From Neodothiora populina (taxonomy: Eukaryota), in the NCBI RefSeq assembly GCF_041146345.1, contig NW_027191413.1, forward strand, positions 496,001-560,000: a stretch of 64,000 nucleotides of DNA, read 5' to 3'. A program made the position numbers and the translations under genes. The stretch's first letter is position 1; every line of letters starts with the position of its first letter. Below the pieces are notes generated by a model. The model was given only the letters and a program-made list of their open reading frames with translations, did no database searches and was not told where the DNA came from. This document shows, in pieces, positions 12,645 to 25,800 of this stretch.

Positions 12645-13734
12645 TTACGCGGCTGCCGCGGCGGGGGCGGTATCCATTCCAGCAGGCAACAGTCCCTTGA
12701 GATAGTGCCAGTAGTTTGCCCTGATTGGGTCGTACTTGGTCGCGAGCAAGTCGTATGCTTCGGCGGCCTCGCGTGCTCGTCCTTCGATGGTGTATATTTC
12801 AGCTAGAAGATCAAGGGCATGACTCGAGAGGACTTGATCGGCTTTGTCTAGCGAGGCGAATTGTTGGCAGTAATCCTTGACCTCAGCCAAAGGGGTACCC
12901 GCCGTGTCGATGACTCCGCGCAGGTAGTTCCATGGACTCTGGTTCTGCGGTGCTCTGTCGATGGCTTGCTGTGTGAACCTGTAGTCATGTTAGTCCTTTG
13001 GCCCTGGCATGCCATGCGCAGGATCAAAAGGCTCACCTGATCTCCCTGTCTCTGATAGTCTTTCCCTTGACCCCCGGCCCAGGACCGCCGCAGACGACAA
13101 AGAATCGATGATTCCAAGCCGAGTTGTTCCTCACATCCTCGTCAATCATACGCTCAGTCTCCTGCAGCTCCCTCTGACCTCTCTTCGCACTCTCGTCATC
13201 TTGCGCCTCCTCGTGTTCCCACATCTCGAATCTCTTGACCAACCACTGGCGGTAACTCCACACATGGTAGTTCTTGCTGTCGCGCTCGAACATCTGCGTG
13301 ATGAAGTCGACTTCTCCGTCTGGCGAGCCGAGCTTGTCGACGACCAACTGGCGGTGGTGCCAGATCTGGTAGTTCTTCTGGTGGGTCAGCGCCGTTGCGT
13401 TCAGCCATGTCATTTCTGCGTGCAGGTCTGCGTCGATTGTCTGTAGGATGCGGGCGCGATAGAGCCTGTTGTTGTGTCAGTAGATTCCATTGTATAAACG
13501 ACGAGGATGAACATACCAAACAGTGTAGTGAGCAGCGTTCATGTCGATGATGTCTTCGGTCAGGGCCAGCGCGCGCTCGCTCATCTCGTTCTTGGCCATG
13601 ATGGCTCGTAGATACGACATGGCCTCGCTGTATGCATCCGTGTACGCTATGGCGGCCAGAGAGTTGGGCCCGCCGTCGTCTTGCGGCAGAGGCTCAATGT
13701 CGTCCCATGCTGCGTCTTCCGAGTATTTGCCCAT
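12645..13734 (-). CDS. RAM2: Protein farnesyltransferase/geranylgeranyltransferase-I alpha subunit; exons 13517-13734, 13037-13465, 12645-12978
   Basis: PPTA repeats KNYQIWHHR, KNYHVWSYRQW, RNNSAWNHR and QNQSPWNYLRG; C-terminal YDPIRANYW. Confidence 0.95.
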
Positions 13735-14104
13735 GATGTTGATTTGATGAATGTGTACGTGGCAGGCCTGGCCGGTGTGCTCTCAGAGAATAAGACGGTG
13801 GATTATGTGGGGGGACTGTGAAAGACAGAATATGCTACAAACACTCATGAGCGTCATTAATTATAAGGTATGATGATTAAGATATACGAGATGTTTGGAA
13901 ACGCCATTCCGGGGAAGTAAGGGAAACTCGGGGAAGACCCGCCAAGACAATGTCAAGGGCAACAATATCAACAAGAGGACAAAAGGACAATAGGAATCCA
14001 TGACGGGTGTCTGTCCACCCAGTCGTATCATGCTGTTATTCGTACTGTCAAGGCTACATGTGACTCTCGGTCCTGCTACCGGTAGTCGTACACGCATTGA
14101 GCGA

Positions 14105-15787
14105 TTATAGTCTCCAAAACTTCCATCCCTCTCTCGTGGCCCCTGGTTCATCTGCTGCGACTCCTACTAGTCTTTCCACACCCTCTCGGTCTACGGCTGC
14201 GACGAACTTCTCTTGATCAATCTCCTCGCCTCCAGGCTCATCTGTGCCGTTGTACAGCACAGCTGGCCATAACACGCCCACACCGTCTCCGCCCAGCGTC
14301 GTCTCGAACTTTTCGAATCCTTCTGTTTCTAACTGCGCTTCGAGGTCTTTCAACGCTTGCCCTCTACGCGGCCTTTTCTTTGTCGAATCGGTATGCACGT
14401 CTGTTGTGGCGGAGTCCTCGGGCTTTAGGATTGTGAATGTACAGCCACCACCACCTGCTCCAGTCAATTTCGTCCAGCCGACACCCGATTCGTCCACCAG
14501 TTGACGAAGCCGCTCGATCCTCGGATGCGAGACACCGAGACTGACCAACAGCCCGTGGTTGATTGATGCCAGTTGTCCTAATCTAGTAATTGATGCCGCG
14601 TCCGTCTGGTCAAAGTCGGGCGCCGAAATCAATTCGTGGGCTGACTCGGTGACATTGTCTATGGCGTCCAGGATGTGATTTGCGATCAGTGGCTGTTTCT
14701 TCTTGAGGTGCGCGACCTTGGCCACTTCGGCGGCTGTCGATTTCGCCTGTCTCGTGTCGACAAGCAACAGAGGCAGCTCGGGAAATGACACGAGCGGTTT
14801 GACCATTGGTGGTTTATTGTAGTCTTCCCGCTTGAACAACACCGCCTTGCCGCCAGATGCGACTGCGTTGTCGACTCCCGAAGGGTTTCCGTGTATGAGC
14901 ATCTCCCCCACAAAGGCCCAGCTGTTGATCCTCTCAATCTGCTTCTCCGCCTCTTCCTTCATCTGGTCGGGGTGTGGTCCGGAAAGCGCGCGGGCCTGCA
15001 TCAGAAGAGCGGCGGCCAGACAGACAGAAGTACTGGCGCTGGACCCCAGTCCGGCGCCAATGGGTATCGTGGAACGCAAGGTGTAAACACATGCGGGAGA
15101 GTTCTTGTTCCCGAGCGAAAGAAACAGATACAGGAAAGCGGCGGCCGAGGCCTGGTGGATCTTTTGTTCTGTCAGAGGAGAGTTGCGCGACACTTGATCG
15201 ATCTGAGGCTGCATCGCGGCGACGAGCTCGGGATCCAAGGTCGTGACGTGGTCGTAGTAGCGCTTCTTGCGCAAAGGGTGACTGAAGGCGTCCCACGGTA
15301 GCTCGTCGATGTTCCATGTGTGGTTCAGCGAAATGTCGCGGAAGTTGAGAGTGATTGTCCTGTGCGATTTCGACAGGGTTGTGACGAGGAGATAGGAGCG
15401 CAGCGAGATGGCAGCAGCCATGGCAGCCTACACAAGCAGCTTTCTTTTAGACACGGCAGACCCAGAGATTTAGACAGTCCCTACCTTGCCATACACGACT
15501 GCATGCTCCCCGTATACTATGACTTTGCCTGGCGCAGACACCATGAAGGCTGGCGCCAGGGGTGAAGACACCTTCCTCCCATGTAACGATGGTCGCGACT
15601 GCCGTGTTGACGCCGGGCTGGAACCGGGGCTGGGACTAGATGATGAAGTTGACTCGGAAGCGGCAGAGGATGCGCCATTGACGGCGACTGGTGTGGTGTG
15701 AGCAGTAGTCATGGCAGACATGGACTTGGATATGCCATTCGCGTTGTCGAGAGCTGTTGGGGCAAAGTGGCCATTCGTTGTAACCAT
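14105..15787 (-). CDS. ERG12: Mevalonate kinase; exons 15485-15787 and 14105-15427
   Basis: GHMP motifs SAPGKVIVYGEHAVVYGK, PIGAGLGSSA, HGNPSGVDN, KLTGAGGGG. Confidence 0.96.
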
Positions 15788-16806
15788 GCTTTGTGGTCTT
15801 GTCTGCCGTCCGTCGTCAACGGGGGATCAATACCAGTACAGAAGAAGAAGGGAAACAGAAAGCAAGAAGCGAAGAGAGATTGTGAAAGGAGGGAGGCAAG
15901 GAAGGACCAGATTGTATAATAATAATAATTACGATGAGCAACGCAGGGTGATATTGGAGCAATCAGATGCACTTTGTTTGGCTGACCCCAGATTGTCGGG
16001 TTATCGACATCAGACCATTTCGATGCGGGAGACAATACTTGTACAATTACTACACCTTTTACGGCAATAATTATAATGATATGAAGTCACCCCCGCACAT
16101 GGTCTATAAGGTAGCACACCAAGGCACGGTAAAATTGCCTACGGTACGTCGTGATTATATCTAGATACCTTACCTACATTGCGTTAGTGACAACACTGAG
16201 CTGCTCGTACCTGACATTAATGCACGAAATGCTTAATCCTACCGTACCTCCTGTCACTGCCACCCGTCAGAGTGCGGTAACAAGGCACCGCGCTTTGAGG
16301 AAACCTCATCAGGTAATATGCACCAGAGCTGCAGCGCTGCAGAGGAGATCCTCATTGTCCACAGCCAATCATTGCCCCATTCGTTACGACGATCGTATGG
16401 GAGCGGTTGATACTTGTACCCTACACTATCTGGACGTGAGCCTGTTGCATTCCCAGACTTTGGTCACCGAGGAATAACGATACTTATTCATGACCGCTGT
16501 ATCATGCGCGACACTACACGTGCAACGTTACGATAAAGTCCCGATGTTCAGAAAAGAAAAAAAAAAGCAGACAAGGGATTGATATAGCCGTCTACACCCC
16601 CACTTCCCATCCATGTCGAAGAAAAACCCTTCCGTATGTATCGTGTAACCATGTAATGAGATGACAATAATCATGTGCCCAGACGCCTCGATGCAGTGTC
16701 CCATCCGTCCATTCTCCATACCCATATCTACCCCGTCTCGTCACACATAGCATCGTACTCTATACTGCCCATAGCCTCTTGTTGGCATGCCCTCACTCAA
16801 ATCTCA

Positions 16807-19800
16807 TCAAGAGGCGTTGGCTACATCGCGAGCGACCTCCTGATACCACACTCCGTGATTCGCCCAGTCTACATCTGCTACCCGTCTGAGTGTCTCGACC
16901 ATCTCACCAACCTGGCTCACAAACTCGGGTAAGCCCGTAGAAGACAGACTCTCGCTGGCTGAGCTGGCAGTGCGCACCCGCTCACTACTGCTCCTGGCCG
17001 CGACCCGTGTCCATACGTGACTGCGGAGACGTGCAAAGAGCACCTTGGCAACGGGATCTGTGAAGCGCTGTTGCACCGCTTGAGCGATGATTCGCGATGT
17101 TGTTGACTGCAGCGCTGCCTTTGTAGACGGAGGCAGGTTGTGCGCGGAGTCGAGCACAGCAAAAGCGCGCTGTGCCAGACTCGCCGTGTCCTTCTCTACC
17201 GAGGCCGAACCGCAAAGCGAAGCCGGAGGCTCTCTGCTCAAGAGGTCCCAAAGCCGACCTGCCTCCTTCTTCCACGCGCTTCGAACGTCGCGTTTGAGCA
17301 GGTTCTTTGCCACAAGCAAGATCGACCCGATCGTCGTCACATGCATCGCTCTCCATCGAATTTCACGGATTCGAACTTCATCGAGCGCGAGCGTCTCCGG
17401 AATCTCACTATTGTCCAAGGTACCTTGGGCGATGGCAAGATCCACCAGACCTCGGGAATAGATTTTCTCTAAAGAAGGTCTATCACCCGGCTCCCTGCTC
17501 TGTTCTGGATCTCTGCGATCAGCTTCTGTCAACAGATTGACGCTCGCATTGCGCCACCATCTGTTCGTCCTTGCCAGGGTTATGCGACCATCTGCGAGCT
17601 CAGCTGCAAAGACGCGCTGTTCATACCCGACTGACTCGCGGACTAGCACTGGAGCGGCATTCATCAGGAGGAAGTTCGAGTAGTCCAAAGAGAGCAGGTC
17701 GATGAAATGCAGTAGGCGGAAGAGCTTCTCCACCATAGCACTGGTATCGCTGCCTTCAGAAGACTGCAGGTCTGCCGCAAGCACCTTGACCTCCTCATCT
17801 CGGAATGGTGCACAGAGTTTTGGCAGGATTGTGGCCATGAACCTGAAAAAGTCATCATAAGAGAAGACGCCTTGCTCACACCGGTTCATGATCAGTCTGG
17901 TGTCCAGGGTTTCCACAATGACGTTGTACATGGAGTTTCCTGGCTTGAGTATATGGGTGAGTTTAGCCCGTATCTCTTCCGCCATAGCCACGGTCCACAA
18001 AGGACCGATACCCTGCTCGAATCCTCTGCGCATGCTGTCACAGAGAGCTCGGTTGACGGTGTCACGCACATCAGAGTGCGTCGAAGCCGGAATGCGGAAC
18101 TCGCGGTCAATGGCCAACTCGTGAGTGAGGATACGGTTACTAGGAATCGGTGAGAATAGCCTGGCAAGACTGACACCTGCAGATTCGTCGGCTTCTATCC
18201 TTGGGTGTGTGGTCTCTAACGGAAGCGCCGGAGACGGATCCGTCGGAGGGGCTACACTCGTCGAAGCAGCATCCTCGTGCTCGGCCTCAGCAGCACGCGG
18301 GCGCACTTCAGCTGGAGCGCGTCTCCTGGTATGCCGTCTTCTGCTCTCACGGATGGCTTTCTTGATGTGAAAGTCAGCGCGTTCGGGGCCAGCGAGCTTT
18401 CTGATTTTGCTCAGAAGGATGACCTGATTATCACGTATCCCTTGCCGGTAGTCTTGTGCAGCATCCCCCCTCGTGTCGTCCTTGACCACCTGCCAGATGG
18501 CGTCGAGCTGAACGAATGATGCAACCAAAGTCTCGATCAATGCAGACGAGTCCTGTGCCCTCCACGCGTCGAAGGCTGAGCTAAAGGTGTTGTGGCTTTG
18601 TGATAGTTCGTCCTTTTGCGTATGTGACGGGGTGTAATTATTCCATGTAGCCAGACGAGCAACTGCAGACTCGAACAGAACGACCAGCTCTGTTGCCTTT
18701 TCGATAAGGTCTTGTTCCTGTGCACCGTTGCTGTTGAGCACAGCTGTAGGATGAGCCGTGATCAGGTACGCGCTGAGGAATGTCTTTGTGGAGAGTTTCG
18801 CATGCGGCTTAGCGATATCTCGGTCGAGGAGACCAAACAATATGAGCATGGCCGTCGTGGCTTCTATGACCGGTGTCTTTGTCACCAGAGATCCCACGTC
18901 TTCAAAAGTACGCTGGCGAACTGAGACAAGTGACAAATCGAGATCGAGAAATGTATCGACAACTTGCCTTCGGTGACGTGTCCGCCAGGTGCGCTGGATC
19001 TTTCGAGCGGCAGTGTCGTTGTCCAGCGAGGTCTGATGCTCAAGAGAGCCGCTGTCGCTTGAGGCAGCCTCGGAGTCTGCATCCATGTCTTCGTCGACGA
19101 CTTCCAGCTTCTTGTCCTGACTGCTTGATCTGCGCGTCCTCCGCTCTTGCATGTTCCTCTGATACTGCGCTCTTCTTTTCTCCGCATCGGCAAGCCTCTC
19201 TTCCATCTCACGTCTGGCTCTGTCCTCCTCCTCAAGTTTGCGAACCTTCATTTCCTGCGCCTTCTGCTTTGCTCTGGCCACCTCCTCGGCACATGCTGCC
19301 GCCACCTTCGCCAGATATTTCTCTCTAGCAGCCTGTGCTGCGATTGCGCGCTCCTCGCTGGCACTGGCATCTCCTCTGGGGGTTGCTTTTGCCAGAGCAG
19401 CGCGCAGACGCACCTGCTCCGCATGAGCAGCCCGGTCCGCAAGGCGTGCCTTTCTTGACTCGATGATAGATGCACGGCGCAGGTGTTGAGCGACGTAGTT
19501 ACTTTGCCCTGTCGATCCACGACGGAAAGAGCGAGCGGAACCGTGCGAATGTGTCGAAGACATCGAGTTGCGCCTGGATGACGCTGCCGAGGACTTGCGA
19601 CGAGACAAGGAGTCGCGGTAGAAGCGAGCTGCGATTCTGGCTGGAGGTGCATATACTTGCCCTGCACCATCGGACATGATTATGAGTGACGTCTCCTCGT
19701 CGGGCTCCTCGGGAATGATGGTTTGTTGATCGAGATCCGGTAGGCTCACGCTGTCCTCGGACATGGTCTCACCGACGCCGTCGAGTAGACCGAGTGTAGC

Positions 19801-19833
19801 GGGCATGTTGCCCAGGTCACTTATGGGCATCAT
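16807..19833 (-). CDS. TCP11/Sok1-family protein with IQ-like motif (1008 aa)
   Basis: AARKIQRTWR IQ motif, TFLSAYLI, NRILTHELAID, KLCAPFRD, LDYSNF and IPETLALD motifs of the T-complex 11 family; coiled-coil N-terminus. Confidence 0.88.
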   Translation of the reverse strand: MMPISDLGNMPATLGLLDGVGETMSEDSVSLPDLDQQTIIPEEPDEETSLIIMSDGAGQVYAPPARIAARFYRDSLSRRKSSAASSRRNSMSSTHSHGSARSFRRGSTGQSNYVAQHLRRASIIESRKARLADRAAHAEQVRLRAALAKATPRGDASASEERAIAAQAAREKYLAKVAAACAEEVARAKQKAQEMKVRKLEEEDRARREMEERLADAEKRRAQYQRNMQERRTRRSSSQDKKLEVVDEDMDADSEAASSDSGSLEHQTSLDNDTAARKIQRTWRTRHRRQVVDTFLDLDLSLVSVRQRTFEDVGSLVTKTPVIEATTAMLILFGLLDRDIAKPHAKLSTKTFLSAYLITAHPTAVLNSNGAQEQDLIEKATELVVLFESAVARLATWNNYTPSHTQKDELSQSHNTFSSAFDAWRAQDSSALIETLVASFVQLDAIWQVVKDDTRGDAAQDYRQGIRDNQVILLSKIRKLAGPERADFHIKKAIRESRRRHTRRRAPAEVRPRAAEAEHEDAASTSVAPPTDPSPALPLETTHPRIEADESAGVSLARLFSPIPSNRILTHELAIDREFRIPASTHSDVRDTVNRALCDSMRRGFEQGIGPLWTVAMAEEIRAKLTHILKPGNSMYNVIVETLDTRLIMNRCEQGVFSYDDFFRFMATILPKLCAPFRDEEVKVLAADLQSSEGSDTSAMVEKLFRLLHFIDLLSLDYSNFLLMNAAPVLVRESVGYEQRVFAAELADGRITLARTNRWWRNASVNLLTEADRRDPEQSREPGDRPSLEKIYSRGLVDLAIAQGTLDNSEIPETLALDEVRIREIRWRAMHVTTIGSILLVAKNLLKRDVRSAWKKEAGRLWDLLSREPPASLCGSASVEKDTASLAQRAFAVLDSAHNLPPSTKAALQSTTSRIIAQAVQQRFTDPVAKVLFARLRSHVWTRVAARSSSERVRTASSASESLSSTGLPEFVSQVGEMVETLRRVADVDWANHGVWYQEVARDVANAS

Positions 19834-21122
19834 GGGTCAGATTCGGATTAAATAATGTTACGCTGATGCTTCCGAGTATTTCCAGATCAGTTTGACATGG
19901 GACTGCGCGGTCGAGTGACTGGCGAAAAGGCCCCTTTTGTCAAAATGTGTCAATCCGGGATAAGGAACGAACAGTGTGGGGGTGGAAAATAGAAAGAGTA
20001 AGAAGGAAAAGAGATAGGGAGAATAGAAGGGAAAGGCGTCGACGACAAAGGTCAAGATGTATATAAGGGACGTTTAGTAAGGTAAAGTGTACCAAGTAAG
20101 ATGAGAGTGCTGGTATGGTAAGCGGGAGGCTCGGCGGGGCGATAAGGTGGTGACGGAAGACGAGGCAATGCAAGCACCGCATTCAGTAGCACCATCGGCT
20201 TTGGCGGTTGCAATTGTTTCGCCCGCGACACTAGCTGATGATTGCTTGATTCAAGTTAAAGATCATTCTTGTCGCTTGACTCACTCTGACTCTGACTCTG
20301 CTCCTTCTGTCAGGAATCAAAAGATCCAGTCTCGGCTCGATTCCTCGCGGCTCTGTACACTGATACTGATGTGGCTTGAAAACACCACGGGACTGACGGA
20401 GGCAGGAAATAACCAACACAATACGACGTTCATACTGCCCTGTACCTCTACTTAGACCAGGGCTTTCCTTGGCTTCACCTTTGCTTGTTTGCATGTGATT
20501 CAGGTCGGATTCCATCACCGTGCCAAGACAGCCGCTTGCAGCTATCAGAACCCATGATATGTACTATGGTATGCAACAATTAAAGTGTATGCTCTGGAAA
20601 CAGCACCTTAATTCGCGATATATCCTAGGTTCATGACTAGTCAAATTTACATGAGAACAGTGCAAATAGATGTCGTCTTTTATTGGTTATTTTCATTTCT
20701 TTTCTGAACACTATGGACAAGACTTAAGGTCATGCCAAATGCGACCTTTGTAAGGATACGTTCGTTGTTGATATAGCCTTGACATATTTGTATGAATATG
20801 TCCACCTTGCCTGTTCTTCTGGGCCAAACCCTGTACCAAAACGGAGAAGATCTCGCAGTTGCAATGCCGCCTTGCCTTCCACTGGAGTGTTTACAATGAG
20901 ACTGCGCTGCCCCGTGTCCGCCCAAAGTCGGAGTCAGGTATAGCCGTCGAGTAGTTTCCAACGCCTCGCTTTTTTTGTTGAAACAAGAAAAGGAATTCGT
21001 TATGTTTCGATGAGGTTGTGCGCCGAGATGAGATCCATTTCCGCGGTATTTCGTAAGTTCGTAAAGTGTGCAGATTTTATGCTACAAGAAGTGAAGTGTG
21101 TGCGCCACATTTGGACCAATCT

Positions 21123-22818
21123 TCACCCGGTCGCGAGGCGTCCAAGAGTGTTGCTCGGAGATCGCAGGTCCTTGAAGAACTTGAGCACGGCAGTTCTCTT
21201 GGACGCCTGTGTGGTGATCTGCGCGTACTGCACCATAGGACCGACGATGTCGGCTTCGTCAAGTTTGGGGAACTTGCCCGAATTGTCAGGATCGTTGAGT
21301 GATGGCAGTTTCGAGAGCAAAGCATGCTCGGCAAGGGGTTGATATCCTCGCTCGAGTTCGTGCGGCGAATCGCCCCGAGGCTTCTCGAATTTCTTGGCCT
21401 GCTCAACCGCAGCTTCGTGGTTCTTTCTCCACAATGCGTCGATCTCTGTCCATTTCTGCTCCGTCACTTTGTAGATGTGTGAAGTAGGGCCGTAGTGCTC
21501 ACAAGTGCGAGCTGCTTGATTGATGAATTGCTTCCTGGCCTCCTCCCAGTCCTCGACCAAGCGTTTGCAAGAAGAAGTGTTACAGTGCTCAGGGACATAT
21601 GGGGTTGGGTAGACGGTGAAGTTCGCATGCCCAAGCTTTGCAGCCCATCTTCCTTCGATTCGGGATGATTCGTCGAACGGCCTCTCTGGTGGGGGTAACA
21701 ATTGACTAGATTGCATTGCACCGAATGATGAGATCGAAGGTCTTGACGAGAGGGGAGGAGTGGTTTGGTGAGGCAAAGTGGGTGTAGACATTGATGGCCT
21801 TCCAGAAAAGGAGAAGACGGGCGAATCTGCCACAGATGGCGACTGAAGCGGGGACTGCATTGTGTCTTGATCACTTCCGCGACGCTCAATCATTGGTGTT
21901 GGGAGTAACGGAGTGGAAGCGAGAGCTTTGCGATCAATAGGCTCTTCGTGGATTGGAGTTTGGACAGGAATGTTCATAGGCTGGGGTATTTGGGTATGGG
22001 ACATGTCCTCTGAGTTCATGTGAACAGGAGTGTCAGGAGGTGTGAGGGGACCGGGTGATGACTTGAGTTCCTGCTCGTCGTGGTTTCCAATGAAAGATCT
22101 GGTCACAGAAGGCATGCGGAACGACGATGTGCGGGAGGGTACACGAGAAGCAGGCGCACTTCGTGCGCTCTGTGGATGCCCAAGAGGGGCAGGAGGTGCC
22201 TTCTCGCGCAGCCGGCGAGACAGCGAAGGCAATCTCTGGCCGAGGCGATTGGCAAATTTGCCGACAGGAGAGTCCGCAGTGGCTTTGCGGACCTTTGGGA
22301 AATTCAGAGGACCTTCGTTGTCGCTGTTGAAGCCATCTGCAAGAGAGTAGTCCAGACTAGGACGCTCCAATGCAGTTGCTGAGACACATTGACGTTGACA
22401 AAACGCAGATGCACCTAAGACGGTCAGAATGGATGTTTGAAGGTAGGCCTAGTCATAAGCACTTACATTGACATTGTGAAGTTGTCAGCTCCAGACCACA
22501 AGTATCAAACTCATGGTCTCTTTCGTCTGGGACTTCGACCAGGTCACCAAGAGTAGTCCTGGAAACACGAGGCGATTCAAAAGACTGATCACGTTTCGGC
22601 GGAGTGGTCCCGAGTGAAGATGTAGAATCAGAGAAGCGATTGTGCTCTTGGAAGGAGAAAGTCTGGGTTAGAGGCGAATTGGTATCAGATGCTGAAGAAT
22701 CCCGCGAGTGTGCTGAAAAGGCAGAATATGGCGAACTGGTATAGTCGCCGTAGTTTTGTGCCATGTCGATTAGCTTTTGTGGTGCAACTACCAGTCTAGG
22801 TAATGCAGATAGTTGCAT
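21123..22818 (-). CDS. Fungal Pro/Ser-rich hypothetical protein; exons 22467-22818 (alternative ATG 22764) and 21123-22414
   Basis: Two ORFs joined in frame by a GT-AG intron with a CTGAC branch site; ordered C-terminal block WAAKLGHANFTVYP...EHYGPTSHIYKVTEQKW...KFPKLDEADIVGPM. Confidence 0.85.
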
Positions 22819-25800
22819 ATTTGCACTTGAGGGTCGGAAATGGTTTATGTATTGGATGCTATGCTCCGGCAACTATAATGCAGGAGTCATATGCATAATG
22901 ATAGTGCTTTTCCTTGGTAGTATAGTGAATGTGTATGCGGTGGAGGTATTCGTGTGGCTACGAGATTCGTTCGATTGATCTATGGCAGTTCCGTACTGGG
23001 CATTGGTTGGGCGTAGCTGCGGATATTAAAGATGCAAAGATGCGCTGGCAGACAGTCGCTTGCGAAGAAGATGCACAATTCGCTTGTTCCGAAAATTGGG
23101 GAATGATGACGGTGAGCTATAGAGACGAAGTGCTTCGGAGTCGGCAGCAATGTTCTTATCGTCGTCGTCGCAGCGGAAAACTAGAGACTTCACTGTTCTG
23201 TGCGGAAGGAGGCAGAGCACAAAAGACAGACTGGAGACAGACAACGCTGAATGACTGGCAGGCTGCACGTCAATAGAGAAAGGGCCGGGTTTAATGCGGC
23301 GCGAACGGAAGCGCGACGTGTGGGCATTTGAAGCAGAAGAGGCAGACAAGGCAGGTCACAGAGACACAAAAATTGCAGTCACAAGCGAGCGAGCTCCGTA
23401 CCGGGGATCGAAAGAACTGTTTAGATCCTTGAGTAGCAGCAAGCCACGATTCCATGGATTCGGTGGGGTCTTCTGTTGGCTCCCGGACCACTCTTCCTAG
23501 AGCATGTGCCTGCATTTGAGCTAAGATCCAAGGTGCACCGGACTCGCGGCGGTCAAACTTACGTGTGCTGTACTGCCGTATCGCCAACGAGGTATTTGCC
23601 TATCCTTTCTCTATTTTATGCATATTGACAGGGTGCGTGCCTCGGCGAAGAGCCCTCGTAGCGCAAACGCAAGCGAGACAGCAGTGAGGGTCTGGGTTTG
23701 GTGGACCGCTCAGCCGCGTCAAACCCGGTACAGACAACGCCACTACCACCCGAGACCAGACTTCTTCGACGCAACGTCTTGAGATATCTGCCGAACGTCG
23801 CAGATGCAGGCACAAGGTCATGAAAAGATACCAGGTGACTCCTGCTACATGTATCCTTGTCCTACAGCGTTAAAACACCAACACCTCTTATGGCTTCTTG
23901 TGTGCATTTGTGGCAGGTGCAGAGCGATATATGGCGGCTATCTCCTATCTGGATCCTTCGAAGCATTGCGCTTCCGAAGGCTATCTCTAGGACCCCATGG
24001 AACGATCAGGGCAATCGCAACGGTCCACGTTCTGTATCTCGAATGCTCGATATGTGAATCTTATATCCATCAGTGAGACAAACTTATGTTCGCACTGAGC
24101 TATGGTCAGAATAGGTTTACACTCACCTCGACTACCTTTCGTTCTGCAGTGTAGAAAATAACATGTAATGATGGTCATGTAATTGCTTTTCTTGCTGTAG
24201 AGTAGAACGTTGACCACTCAGGTTGCACAACATTTGAGTTTTTATGCCATCAGATGCAAGCCACCCGCTGTAACCGCCGTTCACACATGTGCTCTGTGGC
24301 ATGATCCATGTCAAGTGCCAATTCGTGCCACCACTCTACCTATGACGAATATCAGCGAGTAAAGCTCTTTGGGTTGTCTCTCGCATGAGAGCAGACGCAA
24401 GGTGTGTTAGAGGTGTCGAAGCAGCATTTGTGTTAGCAAACGATCGACACAAAACATCATATTTCGTCACGTTCTTCGGCCCACTTCACCCCACCCTGAG
24501 AAAATTCGACTGCGAACAACCGCCCACGCGACAAAACTCGGCGCTGACTCCAGCCGGGCAAGAGAGCCCGAGGTTTTCGCATTGAACAACGCAGTATGGA
24601 GCTCGCAGTATGGAGCACTCAGTGCTTAGCAGCTTGTGGAACTCCGCTACAATGGCACGCTACATGTTCTAGTCAGGGCACGGAGGGACTACGACCGTGG
24701 CATTCCTTCTAGTCCTTCCCCGATGCCGGGTTCTTGTCGCGATGCGCAGCGATCGGGTGATGTTCCTGCTACCAAGCGTGGACTCCCACACGCAGCATCT
24801 ACTGTACGAAGCGAGGTTCGCATCTGCAGCAGCGGGTGGGTGTCCATCATTAGGCTGATTGACCTAGATGAAAGATGCAGTCAACATGGATGCCTTTGAA
24901 GCAAATTGGGGTTTGGCACGAACTCACGTTAGGAAAATACAAGCATCATGATCGACTGCAGCGGCACCGTTCTGACAGAACAGTGACAGACGGTAACGTG
25001 GAGCTCCTCAAGTGCACGAGCCTGTCACTTAACCTTGCGCATGCTGCTGACACCGGTCGCGGAAGCGATCCGACTGTCTGCAGGAACAAAGCACCGGTCC
25101 ATCGCCGACCCAATCCGCTTGCACCAAGTTGGTAATGCGCCGGCTATTGCAAAAATGCATCGCGAAAGCCTGTAGAAATCCATGTTGGGATCTGCTTTTT
25201 TGTACCACTGTCATGTAGATATCGAGATGAAAACTGCCACAGACAGGCATAAAGGCTTTCTGCTCGTACTTGCGACATCTGGAATAGTCCGACTCGAGAT
25301 TAGACTTGGGGCTATCGAGCGATAGAAGGATATGCCGTGTCCAGTAGCCGAAGTCAACTCAAGCCTCGAAAATGGCCCACAACTTCTTCTTCGGACTTGG
25401 CTTGTTCAAGCCCTCGCTCCACAGATGGATCAACGGAGTCCTCCGCAGGTAAGATAGATTCTGACTTCACAGCTTCGTTGTACCTGTAGTCTTTCACAAT
25501 GCGGATAAATCGCCATGCAGAACCGTACCGAGGCCCAGATTTTGCGGGATGCCAACCAGTGCGAGACTACGGACTGTCTTACTTCGATAGCCCCCAGATG
25601 CAATAGCCGCGATTGTTTGCGACGGAAGTCTTGGACTGTACAAGTACACACGCCATGTGTGAACGCCATAATGTACTTCACCATGGCTTGCCGGACAGAA
25701 AATCAGCCACGAATGTCACTACAACGTGTGCTATGCAGCAGAAATGTCCGAGCCCTGATCACAGCGTGCCGGATATTCCCGTGATCTAGTATGGAGCAGT

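Noticed and set aside
24590..24616. 14-nt tandem duplication CGCAGTATGGAGCT (a similar 12-nt duplication lies at 34901)
   Set aside because: Two copies only; ordinary slippage, not CRISPR-like and not flanking an element
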